This document shows, in pieces, positions 49,295-63,337 of a stretch of DNA of 64,000 nucleotides. Each line of letters opens with the position of its first letter. Positions within the stretch are counted from its first letter, which is position 1. The stretch lies in the NCBI GenBank assembly GCA_030704615.1, contig CM060732.1:34038001-34102000 (forward strand). Direction: 5' to 3'. Below the pieces are notes generated by a model. It did no database searches, was not told the DNA's origin, and worked only from the letters and a program-made list of their open reading frames with translations. The position numbers and the translations under genes are program-made. This stretch comes from Takakia lepidozioides (Eukaryota > Plantae > Bryophyta).

Positions 49295-50886
49295 ATAAGG
49301 GTATTGTGGCCAATGTAGCTAATGCTGTGTTGGTTCCCACACACACACTCTCTCTCTCTCTCTACACTTTCCTTAACCCACCCCTTAAACTTCTGTATCT
49401 TTCTCTTATGCACACCCTCTCACATCAGATTAAAGTTGAGAGCTTTCTCGTTAAGTACTCGCAGCAATTGATGCTAGAGTTTGAGAGCTAATGCTATAAC
49501 AGATAAAGAGCATTTTTTATGCCTTGTTATTGGTGTTCATTGATCAGATGATTCAAAAGCATTTCCAAGTATACTTACCTCGATAATTCAGCATTCCTCT
49601 GTAGTTTGCAACAGAAGTGCCATCCATTTGGTTGTGTGATTGATGTTGTGGGGGCACTGCCACTCATGATGTCGAGGAAGAGCGGGCTGAATCCTGCACA
49701 CACAGTCTATAGTCTATATCATTAAAAAGCACTTCAAATTTTCTTAGTGTATTTTGTGTGGCCTTAGAGGGCGTAATCCAGACGTGTAAGCAGGCAGGCT
49801 GGCGAGGAGCTTACGGGATCAAATTTTAATGTTTTCTACAGTCGATAAAGAATTGGAACTCAGTTTTCAGCACCGGAGTCCTCTCTAGAAGGGCCTCAAA
49901 TTGGTGAACGCCCTTGCTCCAGTTCTTTACCCTCATGTAAAGAACTGGGGCTGATTTCTCTTCATTAATATCGTTTTGTTGTACAGCGTAATAGCCAGCC
50001 ACCAGTACAAGGGGAATACAAAAAAAGTATAATGCATAGTGCCGATTACATTGTGTGTAATGCACACTTCCTTATCATTTACCTTCAAGATCTCCTTCAC
50101 TAGTCACTATGAAAGGAAAAAGAAATCATCCCATTTCTTTAGGAAGAGGAAGACCCTTTCCATCAATGGTGCAGCTGGAGAGATAATATGGAGTTTCGTG
50201 CTAATGAGGGGAGCAAAAACAAATGGTGCCTTCCTCCATACATAAAGTATCGATCTTTTTGTACCAATGGCCCTGATGGATGCGGCTGCCAAAGATCGGA
50301 ACCGGGATCTTTCCGCACCAACGGCCCCGATCGATGTGGCTGAGGAAAATCTCAACCGCTTATCTTTCTGTACCAACGGCCCAGATTGGTCATGTGGTTG
50401 GGCTCTGGAGCGATAGAGGCCTCTCATTTTAAGATAATAGGGTCTTCAATGGGCACGTGCGATGTGGCCGGTGGGCCCCGCGCACGGACGCCCGGCTCCT
50501 CAGCACCCCGCCCCGCCCGCCGCTGCGCGCGGTTGCCCAGCCGCGGGCGAGGCTGCAACAACCGCGCCCCCGTCCGCCGCGCGGCCAGTCCCCCGCCCAT
50601 GAGTCCGCTGCCCTCCAGTCTGCCAGTCCGCCAGTCTGCCCACCAGTCCGCTGGCCAGTCCCCTGCCATCCAGTCCGCTGACTGCGCAGGATCGCCACCG
50701 TCCATTCCCATAACCCATCCGAGCCCTCCATTTTAGGGCTGCAATTCAAACTTGCATCCCTGCCGCCTGTCACTTGCCAGCAGCCGCGAACGTGCGTACT
50801 GTTCTCCTGGCACGTTGTCAATCGTGTCTTGTACTACGGCGCGTTTCTTGCATGTTCAGAAGCGTGTCCTTTGTACTATACAGGGC

Positions 50887-53800
50887 ATGGACGTGGAAGC
50901 AAAACCCGATGATATACTGATCACGGAAAGCCCGCTTATACGGCCTCTTCGACAATGTTTGCAAACAACAAAACCAGGACCCTTCAACAGGAAGGATCTC
51001 CATTGGAAGAGTGAGACGCAATATGGGTTTATGGGTGTGCGAGTGAATGTTGAAAAGGCCTGCATACCTTGGGATAGAGTTGGTGACTTCGTCCTGGGAG
51101 AGGAGAGTTTGGAGGACTACCCCACTCAGTTTTGGGTGAATGTCCATTCTAAAGTGGAACCCGGCTCGCGAAAAGCACCCAGAGCCAACGCATTTCTGTC
51201 CAGTATTATGTGTGCACCATCCTCAGTCCTTTTGACGTTTCATTGCATGTCTGTTGTCATTTTTTGTTTCACGAGTTCTCTGATTTTATGCTTCCTCAAG
51301 TCATTGGATATCGATTTTAGAATTTTCTGTCCAGGTATCAATGCTGTTACGGTCCTGATGACAAGCACACCAACAGTGGAGGATCCAAAACAGAAGCGTG
51401 GAGGACCTCTTGTGGGTGCTGGAACATTTTGGCCTCATAAAGGCCCAAGGAGAAAGAAGTCGGAGTATGGAGAGTCTTACAAACGTGGTTGTCAATGTTG
51501 TTTCAAGGTCCAGCAATGCTATCTCGCCCCTGACATATATGTCCTCACGTACTACAACAACATGGAGCATACAGATGCGCAAGGGAAACCTTCGCATGGG
51601 AAGCCCGCAGAGTTCAGGAACACCCGCCACACCTATGCACCACACATTAGCGAGGAATTGAAAGCCTGGGTCGTCGAGTGTTTGTGCCGAGGCCTGTCGG
51701 TCGCCCAAATCATGATGGAGCATAAAGAGCACGTGATGAACAACACCGGCTTGGGCGATGCATGGACCCGCGATGATTTCTTGTTGGAGCAAGATGTTCA
51801 CAACCTTGCCGAGAAACGTGCGTGGCAAACCTTCAAAAAGCACGCCGATGATGCAGAGAGTGTGCGCATGTGGAGAGACCAGAATCTTGCGTCCGTTTTT
51901 TCCTATCAAGAGGAGAAATTAGAGCCAACATTCGAGCATTTTGATGGAGATTTGACATTCACTATTGGCATACAGACTCCGTGGCAGAAACGACGAATGT
52001 TGGAACTAGGACATGACCGTATCGTTGCATGTGATGCAACCTTTGGGACAAATCATGACAAGGTACTATTCGAACGATTCCATGGACTTGTACGAGCATG
52101 ATAGCATAGTACCATGCAACATTCACATAATATTTGGTGTGCTGACCCTTTCTGTATGTTTAGGGTTGTGTACGTTGCGGAAGACCGAGAGGCAGACCCA
52201 TTGTGAACCGCTACAGACCTCATCACTCTTATGAAGTCTTCTCGTGCAGAACTGAGCGGAATTTGCATGCTCTGACCATCTTACATTGTGCATTCCAACA
52301 GTTCCCATTGTACACGTTGATGGTCTTCGACGAGTGGTTGAACGGTATACCAGTTGCCTATATCCTATCTGCGAGGAATTGGACAAGAGACCTGGTTCCG
52401 TGGATGAGAGCCTTGCGCGATTCACTCCTCGCAGATTTGCCGAGCTGGCGACCCAATGCCTTCATTGTGGACGATGCCGAAGCAGAAATCAACGCTATTC
52501 AGTAAGTCTGTTGGTCCACAGCACCGGTCCATTGTCAAGGTCCACTGCAGCAGTTCATTGCTACAGTCCACTGGCAGACTCCTGTGGCGAAACCCAATGG
52601 CAGTTCGCTGGGCAAATCCACTGGTAGTCCGCTGTCAAGTCCGGTCATTAGTCCCCTGGCAAGTCCGCTGGCAGTCCCGGCAAGTCCGCTGCAAGTCCGC
52701 TGCCAAGTCCACTCAGCAGTCCCTGGGGTCGGCCGTTCGCTGCAAGTCCACTCGGCAGTCCCTGGACAGTCCGCTCGGCAGTCCGCTGTGGCAGTCCAAT
52801 GGGGCAGTCCGCTGCCCCAGTCCTAGCTAGGGGAAGTCCAATGGGGAAATCCACTGGGTAGTCCAATGGGGTTATTCCAGCACATCAACGTCATGGCATT
52901 GTACTGTCCACTGGGCGAGTCCAGTGGCTCTGCCCGCTGATACAGGTCGTTGTTACAGTCCACTCCGGCACTCCACCATTGCAGTCCGATCCAAGACTTT
53001 AATGTGTACCATGTGTGTTGTGCAGAATTGTTTTTGAAGGAGTACTCATTTTCCTCTGCCTTTGGCATGTCCACAAGGCATGGGTGAAGCAATCATGCAA
53101 GAAAACGAAGGATCCGGTGACCGCTGTAAACTTGTTGAAGGATATGGAAGACCTCATGTACTGTAGAGGGGGACCACGCAACGAGAAAAAAACGCTTTGG
53201 GTTGCAAGGAGAATCCGTCGTATGAGGTCAAAATACCCAAAAAGACATGAATTTCTTGACTATATCGAACAGTACTGGAAGCCCAAAATAGCAATGTGGT
53301 GTACAGCAGCCCGCCATGTCCCTCATGCGAGCCAAGACACAAACGCAAGCATTGAGGCATACCATGGAAATCTGAAGGCAAGACTTGCCATGGGGAAAGG
53401 CAAGATGAGTGGTCGTAGAGTGGACTGGCTTATATGGGAACTCACTGGCCGTGTGCTAACACACTACTGGTACGCAATCCATTTGAAGACCCACGGGTTC
53501 ATAAGAAATGACAAACACGAAAAGTACATATCCAGTTCTATACTTGCGCCACGAGACATTCCTGCTGAGAGTGTTACTCTTCCCTTGGGTCCAAGTGAAC
53601 CAGCCTATGTTCTCAGTAGCAACCACCCCGGCACAACATACATTTGATTGCGATTGGGGTTGTTGCACGTGCCCATGGGCAATGAAGGGAAACTTATGCA
53701 AGCATCAGGTCCGTGTCCTGAAGATGCTTCACCCTGACCTGCAGGATGGCCTCCTTGTGCGCGCTTGTGGGAACCATTCATGGAGGATTACCTAACTTGC

Positions 53801-54170
53801 TCTTGGGCAATGGTGCCGGCGGCAACGACGAATCCAATCAGTTCATGGAAAGACATCCTCCGGACGACTTCCCCTACGACGAGGCACCTCTGGAGGTCTC
53901 AGCCTCATTGGAACAAGAATTCGCGGACATACTTCGCATTGTAGGTGATGACAAATACCTGGAGGCACATGCCCGATCTGCTCTTCATATGTGCAGAGGG
54001 CAGCTCGTTGATATCCTAACGAAAAGTGCGGCTGGAATGTTGCACCCTGCGGCAGCGAAGGCTTTCCGTCCTCTGAACGACAACAACAACATGTCTCTGA
54101 AAAGGAGATGAGATTTCGTGGAGGCCTGGAAAACCCGGCCTAGGGTTTTGCGGAGAACCAGCAAGAGGGT
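50887..54170 (+). pseudogene. MULE transposase with SWIM zinc finger (4 exons, several frameshifts)
   Basis: KRGCQCCF..H, VACDATFGTNHDK/FPLYTLMVFDEWLNGIPVAY, FIVDDAEAE, LCLWHVHKAW, TNASIEAYHGNLK, CTCPWAMKGNLCKH. Confidence 0.9.
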
Positions 54171-54200
54171 GTCTGCACCTGCACCTGCAGCACATATATA

Positions 54201-54464
54201 CTCGAAAATTCGCAAGGTTTCAGGTCGTGTAGATGTCACGAAGAAGACAATATAAGTCTGCAATGCCTCGAAAAGAGACAAGGTTTCACGTCGTGTAGGT
54301 GTCACGGAGAAGACAATATAAGTTTGCAATTCCTCGAAAAGAGACAAGGTTTCATGTCGTGTAGGTGTCACGAAGAAGACAATATAAGTCTGCAATTCCT
54401 CGAAAAGAGACAAGGTTTCATGTCGTGTAGGTGTCACGAAGAAGACAATATAAGTCTGCAATTC
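54201..54464. repeat. Tandem repeat, 66-bp unit x4
   Basis: Units at 54201, 54267, 54333, 54399. Confidence 0.9.
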
Positions 54465-57400
54465 TTCTGGTAGCATTGTCCCTTTCTGAAATACAAGTCC
54501 GCAATGGACTAATGCACAATCTCGCAACGGACTCCTCCAGTCTCCCAACTGACTCCCACACAGTCTCCCAAGCATAGTCTCCCAACAGAGTCATAGTCAA
54601 CAGACTGCGAGCGCCAGTAAGCCAGTCTGCTGGTCAGTCTGCTGCCCACTCCAAAAGTCTGCTCACCACACTTCCACCTCATCCCTGCAACTTATGCCAA
54701 TCCAGCGTCCCAGCGGACTCATGGACATGGTGCCTCCCAGACTAGGTACCAGACCTAGCAGTCCTAGCCTCGGCAGCGTACTGCTCGCACATTCAAGCTC
54801 AGCAGACTTGGGTGCACAGTGCATGGAAAAATTGACATCATTGTGTCCATTGAGTTTAGTGACAACATTACAAAACATGCCAGCACCCACAGTACACAAA
54901 AGTGCTCATCACCACTGGAATAGTAAGCGAAAAGACTCGCATTTTTTATTTCGGTACATAGACTTCACATGACAAGTACATCATACTCATGAGAGCAGTT
55001 TCTCTACATTGTCCAACCCCCGCACGATATACTGGGCACACTGCATTCGCTGCCCAAGTGCAAACTTGAAAGTAAACCAGTCCTTCGTGAAAGGTGTTCC
55101 TCTCTCTGGCTTTGCAGTCTTGGAGACATTTGCTCTGACTTTTACCCACTCATAAAACACTTGAATGAATGACATGACGTAAAAGCCACACTCCCAGCTG
55201 AATGGTTGCTGGGGCACATCAGGCGTGTGGAACTGAAATGCTTGGACAATCTCATGCCACTCTGGTGAGTCCATCGAGTACCCTAAGCACTCAGCATGAA
55301 GCTTCCGAATCCACCCTAGAACAAAGGGACATTTATGCAAGTCCCTGATAGAGTTCAGGTGAATGTAACAGCCCTTGCGGAGGTCGATGATACAAACACT
55401 CTAGTGCCCCCTGCAATGGTATCAAACAGCATGGCGTCATTGCACAATCATGATGGGCAGACTCAGCAGACTGACACTCAGCAGACTCAATCTTCAAATC
55501 CAGTCCACTGCACAAATACAGAGGTCAACTTAATCGCTCAGAGTCAAGACGACACTGCTAAACCAGACTATGGCTTAGGAGACAGTCTCAGCAGACTCAG
55601 AAGAGTTCTTACTCGTCCCCAATTGGCACCAAAATGAAATCGCACTCTTTCAAGTCTTTGCCCAGTCGTTCAGTGCTGAGGCAACCTTTCAAGACCTCCA
55701 GAAGGCTTTCATGTTGCCCCACCCCCAATGACTTCAACACCGTCCACGTCGACGTTGGAAGAACAGCAATAGTGTTGGTGAACGCAGCCTCAACCGACTT
55801 CTCATAGAATCGACACCACAGCTCTAGGAGTCTATCTGTGCACTCCGACTCAACCTTCTGGACCGCCTTTATGTCATCCGGCGACAGTCCGCATTCAAAC
55901 CGTGGGTCCCCTTCAAAAAACATCAGCATGGAATTACCCGCCTTCACGTGCAGAGCATGTGCTTTGCCAAACCGAGCACCCATCCTGCAAAGAGCAGACC
56001 ATCCTTCGGGAAGCCTCATGTATTGAACAGACTGACGTCAACATGGTACCAAACACTCTACAGGCTGAACAATTCATCAGACTGACAAGACTAACCACAA
56101 CAGAGCGCAAAGCACTTAACGACAAAGACAGACGAGGAGACTGAGCACAGTACTCACCTGTGCTGCTTCAGGAAACGACCCACATCTTTGTCCATGTCCA
56201 AGGCCAGCTTGCGGTTCTTGTTCATAAAGACGCCAGACTTTTTCTTCGCCGGTCTCTTGGTACTCGGACCCTCCTCGACCTCCTCAGCATGGTCCACGAC
56301 AGTCCACTTCTTGGCTTTGCCTCTCCCCTGGGAAGCAGGGACAGTTGTAGGCGGGCTGGATAGAGCAGACAAACGGAGCGCTGCCGGCCTACTTCGCAAC
56401 AAAGGCTGGTCAGCAGGTTTGTTTACACTTGCTGGACCTGTCTTTGCAGCTTCGTGGGTCGCATGCGTAGAACTGACCCGCGCATCGGGGGGCGTGCTCA
56501 CCCCCACACCTTTCTTGGTTGTCGATCCCACGTTTGCAGCATGGGCGGAAGATGTCATGTCCTCAGAAGTAGACAGTCTGCCGACGGAGGGACGAACATC
56601 CTGTGAGGATACCGAGCAAAATGTCGAATTAGCCCAATTTCACAATGTGCTAAAACATAAACAACAGTGCTGAAAGAGGAAATAGCACAACGTGCCCAAG
56701 GGGTGAGGGAGCAGACTCCATGTAATCTAGCGCTATACCAGACGGTGTCTGCGCCGCATGTGGTTCCTTGTCAGTGTGCCTGCCAACATGTTCAGTCTGT
56801 TGCTCAATGTGGGCAGTCTGCTCGGCCGCCGGTTCTTTGTCAGTCCTTTCGTCTGTGAACTGTGCAGTCTGCTGGCAACTTTGCGGTTCAGTCTCTTTCT
56901 CAATGTGGGCAATGTGCTCGGTGGCAGGTTGGTCGTCAGTCCTTCCCTCTGTGAAGTGTGCAGTGTGCTGGTCAGGCCGTGCAATCTGAACTGTGCAGTC
57001 AGAGCTGAGCTGTGCAGTCTGCCGTTCCGAGCCATCCTGGTCAGTCCTTCCATCTGTGACCTGTGCAGTCTGCTGGTTAGTCTGCGGTTCAGTCTGCTCA
57101 TCAATGAAGACAGTATGCTGCCCCGCCACAGGTTGCTCGGCAGTCCTTCCATGTGTCCACTGTTCAGTGTGCTGGTCAGTCTGGTAGACAGCCGGTTGGG
57201 TGTTCGGATCTCCATGGATTTGGGAAACATCAAGAACATGTATGGAAGACCCACCGGCAATTGCTTCCTCAGACTCTTCTGTAAGATCTATGATACGGTT
57301 TTGCGTTCCCAGATTGAGTTCGGTCATCACGTAAGACTCATCTATGGCTTTCGCCAGTCATAGAATGCAGGCCACGAGGAGCTGGATAAGAATGCTTTAC

Positions 57401-58329
57401 GGTGACCTGATGATGTCGTCAGTGAATGTGCCTGGGGAAAAGTGGACTCGGTCAAAACACTCATACTGGCAGATCCAAAAACATGTTGTTGGGAACTCAG
57501 CAGAAATTCAGGGTCCCGGTGAGGCCAGTGCATCCGAGTCTGTTGCACAATCCAGGGAACAGACTGGCTGTTAGTCTCCTGGATAGTCTGCTCGGCCATC
57601 TGTTGAGTGGGTTCGCTAGTGTGCTGCACAGTTTGCTGAGGGGCAATCTGCTGGCTGGATTCGTCGGTTTGCTGCACGGTCTGCTGTACAGTTTGCTGAG
57701 GGGCAGTCTGGTGGCCATGTTCGCTGGTCTGCTACACAGTCGGCTGAGGGGCAGTCTGTTGACCGGTCTGTTCTCCGGTCTGCTGCAAAGTCTGCAAAGT
57801 TCGCTGCCCGCTCAGTACTGTTTGCATATACTGAGTATGTGTGTGCGGGGCAGTCTGCTGGGAGTGATCCGGCCTATTACCCGGGACGGTCTGGTGCACA
57901 TGCTCAGTCTCCAGCACTTGGGCAGTCTGCCCACATGTGTCGTGGGGAATATGTTGTTCGACATTCTCGTGGCCAGTCTGTTGGACAGTCTCCCAAACTC
58001 CTTGTAAAGCCAAGACAAGGTCCCTTGCACCTCTGGCAAAAGAGTCAAAAGCAGCCTGCACTTGCTTGTCTCCCAGATCAACTTGCCTTGCAACACATGT
58101 TTATGCAAATGTGAACTTGTAAAAAAGTTGGCAAAAGAAATTGAGCTGAAACACGAAAGTTGCCCATAACATTTTACCTTCCAAGAGATTTCCAACGAGG
58201 TCAATGTCCTTGATTTGCCGGCACAGGCATGGTCCATCGAGATGAGCAATGGCGCCAATGCGGTCTTCAGTTGGGATCCCACACCACAGGACTTTGAAGA
58301 CATTGGGATTCTGCAAAACAATGTCGAAT

Positions 58330-61300
58330 CACTACAACAGATTGCGGCTTTTATGACTCCCATGGGTGCGCAGTCATGACAGATTTGTGGCAGAAATGCC
58401 ATTTGCAGTCGTAAAATGCTTTTGAAGTCGTAATGCAGGTCTGGAGAAGGCGTATATGCGACTGCATGGCTTCGGACTCTGTGCAACACAGGTCAAACAT
58501 GTTTGACCACGAATATTGGCATGGCAGATATGACTACCAGTCATGGTCATGGCTACACTAGAATGACGTGTGCATATTGCAAGACAGACATATGACTTCA
58601 TGACTCTCACTCTAATGCATTATGCCAGATTATCACATGGATGAATCACTGACTACACGTGTCGACACATGCTTTTCTGGTTATATATATAATATATGAG
58701 TAAATATATCTTAAAAAAACGGAGACTCTTACCACTAGAATGAATTAAAAAAACCCAAAAAAAACAAATATTTAAAAAAAATCACATCGGCTGGTAAGTG
58801 CACAGTGTGTCGCCCTTGTGGTTTGGGGTTCAAACCCGCTGCCCTTATCCCGTGTGTGGGATTGTTCGAGACGGTATGTCTTGACGTTGATCGTCCTGTA
58901 GGTCTTATGGCCCATAAATGAAGGCGGGTGAATTTCCCCCTCCTCAAGGGCTTGTGGTTTCCTTTAAGAAAAAAAAAAGAAAAAAAATCAAAAAGGGGCT
59001 TTTAGGGTTTACAAAAAGGTTAAAAAACTTAAAAAGTTGCCCATCACAGTAGCGTGAACAGACTTAGAGCGAGCGGGAGGGAGAGAGAGAGAGGGTTGGG
59101 ACTTAGAGCGAGCGAGCGGGAGAGAGGGCAAACATGCATGGGAGGCCCGCAGTTGGATCAACCTTCGCATCTGGAGCAAGCAACCCTAGAAACGCTAGGG
59201 TATGTGTGCGAGGAGGTTTCGGTTGGGAGCCCGCCGTTCTTGGGAGAGTCAGCTTCGTCTTAGCAGGCCGTGTTTCAATCTCTACCCGCTTCGGCCCTGA
59301 TTTTACAGCACGGAGCAGAGCTGGCATGAGTTTCTAAAAGATCCTTCACGATGGTGGGACAACCGCAATCGCAAGGTGTGGCTTTTTCTTAATGTACGAT
59401 GTGAAGAAGTTTGTCCATCCTGCAAATGTGGGTTGGCTCTCCTGTTAGTACCATGATTTGGTATTCTTCCTGATGTTTACAAGGTTCTTGGGAGAGTTAG
59501 CTTGGTCTTAGTAGGCCGTGTTTCAATCTCTGCCCACTCAGCTGCACTGTGGTGGTTCTCACTGACCAATCCGACATTACCTAACTACAGACACAAGCAG
59601 CACACACTAGAGGTCATCTTGGGTTCATGTTCAGTCAAATCCTCCATGGGTCATGACACAAGGTCGAGGACAATGTGGTGAGGGCACCTTCTTCTTCGAC
59701 CTATTTCAGCCTATTTTGCCCTCTCATCAGACTCGGCCCTGAATTTGAATCATGGAGCAGAGCTGGCATGAGTTTTTTTAAGATCCTTCACACCGCAATC
59801 GCAAGGTGTGGTTTTTTTTTAATGTACGATGTGCAGAATTTTGTCCATCCTGCAAATGTGGGTTGTTGGCTCCTGTTAGTACCATGATTTGATATTCTTC
59901 CTGATGTTTACAAGGTTCTTGGGAGAGTCAGCTTGGTCTTAGCAGACCGTGTTTCAAAGTCTGCCTGCTCAGCTGCACCGTGGTGCAGGTTCTCATTGAC
60001 CAATCCGACATTACCTGACTACAGACACAAGCATCACACACAAGGTCAAATCCTCCATGGGTCATGACACAAGGTCAAGGACAGTGTGGTGAGGGCACCT
60101 TCTTCTTCGACCTATTTCAGCATGTTTTGCCCTCTCATCAGACGCCCTGAGATGCATATTGAATTTTGTAAGTTAGCTCATTGCTCGTTGATAAGTAGGG
60201 TTGGGGGTGTTTGCTGGAACAATTCTAGGCTGTCATTGTCAGCTGCTAGCAGGAAGGCAAGGATGTATGCATAGATAGCTGAAGGATTTTGTGCAGAGGC
60301 ATAGATAGCTGAAGGAGCAGGGATAGAGTGTGGGCCCAAATTCGTCCAAGAGGGCCGGATTTCAAGCTCCATTATTTCAGTGTCATCCATTCAGCCAGGG
60401 ATTTCCTGGTGACATTGCCAAGGCTTTACTCGCAACACGATGCTTGTAAAGCTTCCTTAGCTTGAATGCTGATTATGCTTGAATTATTAGGTTTGTAAAG
60501 CCAGTTTTGAAATTTTCATGGTAATCAGCTCTCTTGAAAATCTGTAGGTTGCAAGCCATTTACAGCGGGCCGTGGGTGGACTGGAAGACAGCCATTGAAA
60601 GTCCTGGTGCAAGTTAATACCAGTGGAGAGCAGAATAAGCTTCATATGCCCTTTTGGTGCTAGTTATCTTCATGTATGGTACTGTTGAACACCAACAATC
60701 TTTTGGTGAGATTCTGTCTTGGTGCACATGTCTGATAAAGAAAGACGGTAATGTTTGTTCTGAAACCTGAAGGCGTGAAATGATTCAACACAACAAGAGC
60801 ATTACGCGTGTCACAGTACAAGCTGTAAGAAAGCAAGAGATACATAGTTATACAGTCAAACAGACAACTATCAGTTTCTGTGGAATCTCTTGCCAATGGC
60901 AGGATGGGTTGGGAATAGCCAAGTCAGGAGGTGAATGCCTGTCAAATTACCACATGTCCTTTTGAACACTGCCCCTGCCCTGGTGGACATGTACGCCAAT
61001 TGTGGGTGCATTGAGGATGCAAAGGGAGTGTTCAACACTGTGGCTGAACGAGATGTGGTGTCGTGGAGTGCGATGCTTGCTGGGTATGCACAGCTGGGGT
61101 GCGGGATGGAGGCTCCAACCTTTGAGAAAATGATGGGGGAAGGGGTGAAGGCCGCCGACATAACGTTTGTGTGCGTTTGCAGTGCGTCTGCAGCCCTGGA
61201 AAAGGGCAAAGAGATCCCTGGTGACATCATCAAATCTGCAATTGTACCAGATGTCATCCTGAACATGGCTCTGGTGGCCATGTATGCTAAATGTGGGAGC

Positions 61301-63337
61301 ATTGAGGATGCCAAGGGAGTGTTCAACACTATGGCTGAACTAGATGTGGTGTCGTGGATGCGATGCTTGAAGGGTGTGCAGAGCAGGAGCGCGGGATGGG
61401 GCTTTGGACACCTGAAAGCAAATGATAGAGAAAAGGATGAAGGTACCTTCTTCAACATATTTCACCCTGTTTTCCCTGCTAGTGTTTGCTTTGACAATTC
61501 TAGGCTGTCATTGTCAGCTGCTAGCAGCAAGGCGAGGATGTATGCATGATTTGTGCAGAGGCATGGATAGCTGAAGGAGCAGGGATTTCGTGTGGGTCCA
61601 GATTCATCCAAGAAGGCCAGATTTCAAGCACAAGATTACCTGTGATTCCCTGTGGATCAATAGCTACAAGAAACCTGCATGGGTAGATGGTCAACTGAGA
61701 GCAGCGGCACAAGTGATAAAATCAGGCACTGCTAATGAAGGCATCTTCTTCAACACATTTCACCCTGTTTTTCCCTCTTATCAGAATCGGCCCTAAATTT
61801 ACATGTTCAATTCTGCAAGTTAGCTGGTTGAGTGAATCTAGTTTGGAGTGACTTTGACATGATACTGCCAATGTGACAACAGGAAAGTGTCAAAAAATAG
61901 GTAACAGAGATGAGGAGAAGCTATGGAATGAATACTTATCTGAGCCCAGTCACTGATGGGTCAACCGGGGCAGAAAGGTGAATGCCTGCTACATTTCAGA
62001 GAGTAGCAGACGCAATTCAGCATAGGAACTAGTGTGCTACGCTGAGTTGGGTGTTTCCTAGAACAAATGTAGGCTGTCATTGTCAGCTGCTAGCAGCAAG
62101 GCAAGGATGAATGCTTGATTTGTGCAGAGGCATGGATAGCTGAAGGAATAGAGATAGAGTGTGGGTGACGCAGGGTGCTGGGCAATGGGCAAGATGTCTT
62201 TGTATAAACGTGAGTGACCTTCCTATCATCCTGGGTTTCATTTTTAGTGCATGTTTCTTTGTGAAGTATCTGACGACTTCGCCAATACACACCAACCTTT
62301 TTGCTTTGGTTTGTTTAGGACATGGGATAGAAGTTACCATAAACAACACTGGCATTGGTTTTTCATATATGGTATTAGATAATTCTCTTAATTGTTTCCG
62401 CCTTGGCAGGTTGCTCAGTGACCTTCCCTGGACGCTTTGGAGTATAGCGAGTGAGTGTCTCACAATGCAATATTGGTTGGTGCATCTTATGCAAGAACTT
62501 GGAAAACAAACAAATGTCCTTGCTGTAGTAATTCTTAAAGCCATGCAAGCCGTTTTTGATGGGTTGCAGATTGATGGAATACATGAGTAGTTAGAAGATT
62601 CTGGGTGAACACTTTTCAAAGTTATAGTTAGACAAAATAATTCACATGAGAACATGCGACTATTTAATGTATTTTTAGATCGCAACAAAAATGATAATGA
62701 TAAATAGATTGGTAAATAGAGATGGTATGCAATCTCTTGGTTTTGCTCAGCTTGTTGCAGTTATGTCTTGCTGCCTTGTTCTCTTTGTATTATATATTAT
62801 ATTTCATTGTTGTAATAGACATGTACATGACTGCTATCATAGTCATAATAATGACTACATCTATTTTCACTCTCCAATAGTACTACACCACGTGGCAGAA
62901 ATACAAATATGTAAAAAAATAGCAATACACCCCAAAAAAACACCCATCATGACACATGTCAATCTGCTGATGGACCACGTGTAAAAACTGCAACGCGCCA
63001 CGTGTTGCAACCGGATTAGCACACCCGTAGTCATAGTTCGCAGTCATGGAGAGCTAAACACTCTGCCACGTGTCATTTCCTACATCGAGCACGTGCCACT
63101 CTTGCACAGCCGCTGACATGGACTACACTGTCCGTTCAGTCATTCAGTAAAGCCAGCGTGTATGACTACCCCCACAGCTACTCTGACGCCACGTGACAGC
63201 CAGCCTGGAGAGTCATATCTGCCATGTCACAACTGACTAGGTCTTTACGTCTGCAGAGTCAGGAAGTCGTAAATGGCTTCCATGACTGCATTTGCAGTCA
63301 TAACACAGAGACGTAAAAGCCGCAATTTGTTGTAGTG
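58330..63337. mobile_element. Pack-CACTA, 5008 bp, non-autonomous
   Basis: TIRs CACTACAACA(G/A)ATTGCGGCTTTTA, TSD AAT (58327-58329, 63338-63340), AGTCAT subterminal repeats, internal host gene fragments. Confidence 0.95.
59290..62160 (+). pseudogene. Scrambled fragments of PDF-motif/PPR gene (PPR repeats ~60950-61360)
   Basis: KDPSRWWDNRNRK, IHPRRPDFKHKITCDSLWINSYKKPAWVDGQL, YLSEPSH.WVNRGRK, ALVDMYA.CG.IEDAKGVF; 59292-59733 duplicated at 59734-60150; homologous to 32630-33600. Confidence 0.85.

Noticed and set aside
56733-58007. Plus-strand Leu/Cys-rich ORFs
   Set aside because: Antisense shadows of the Q/T-rich repeats of the Ulp1-like gene
62083-62688. 201-aa and 143-aa overlapping ORFs in the Pack-CACTA
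   Set aside because: No recognisable motif; may be captured sequence but unassignable without a search
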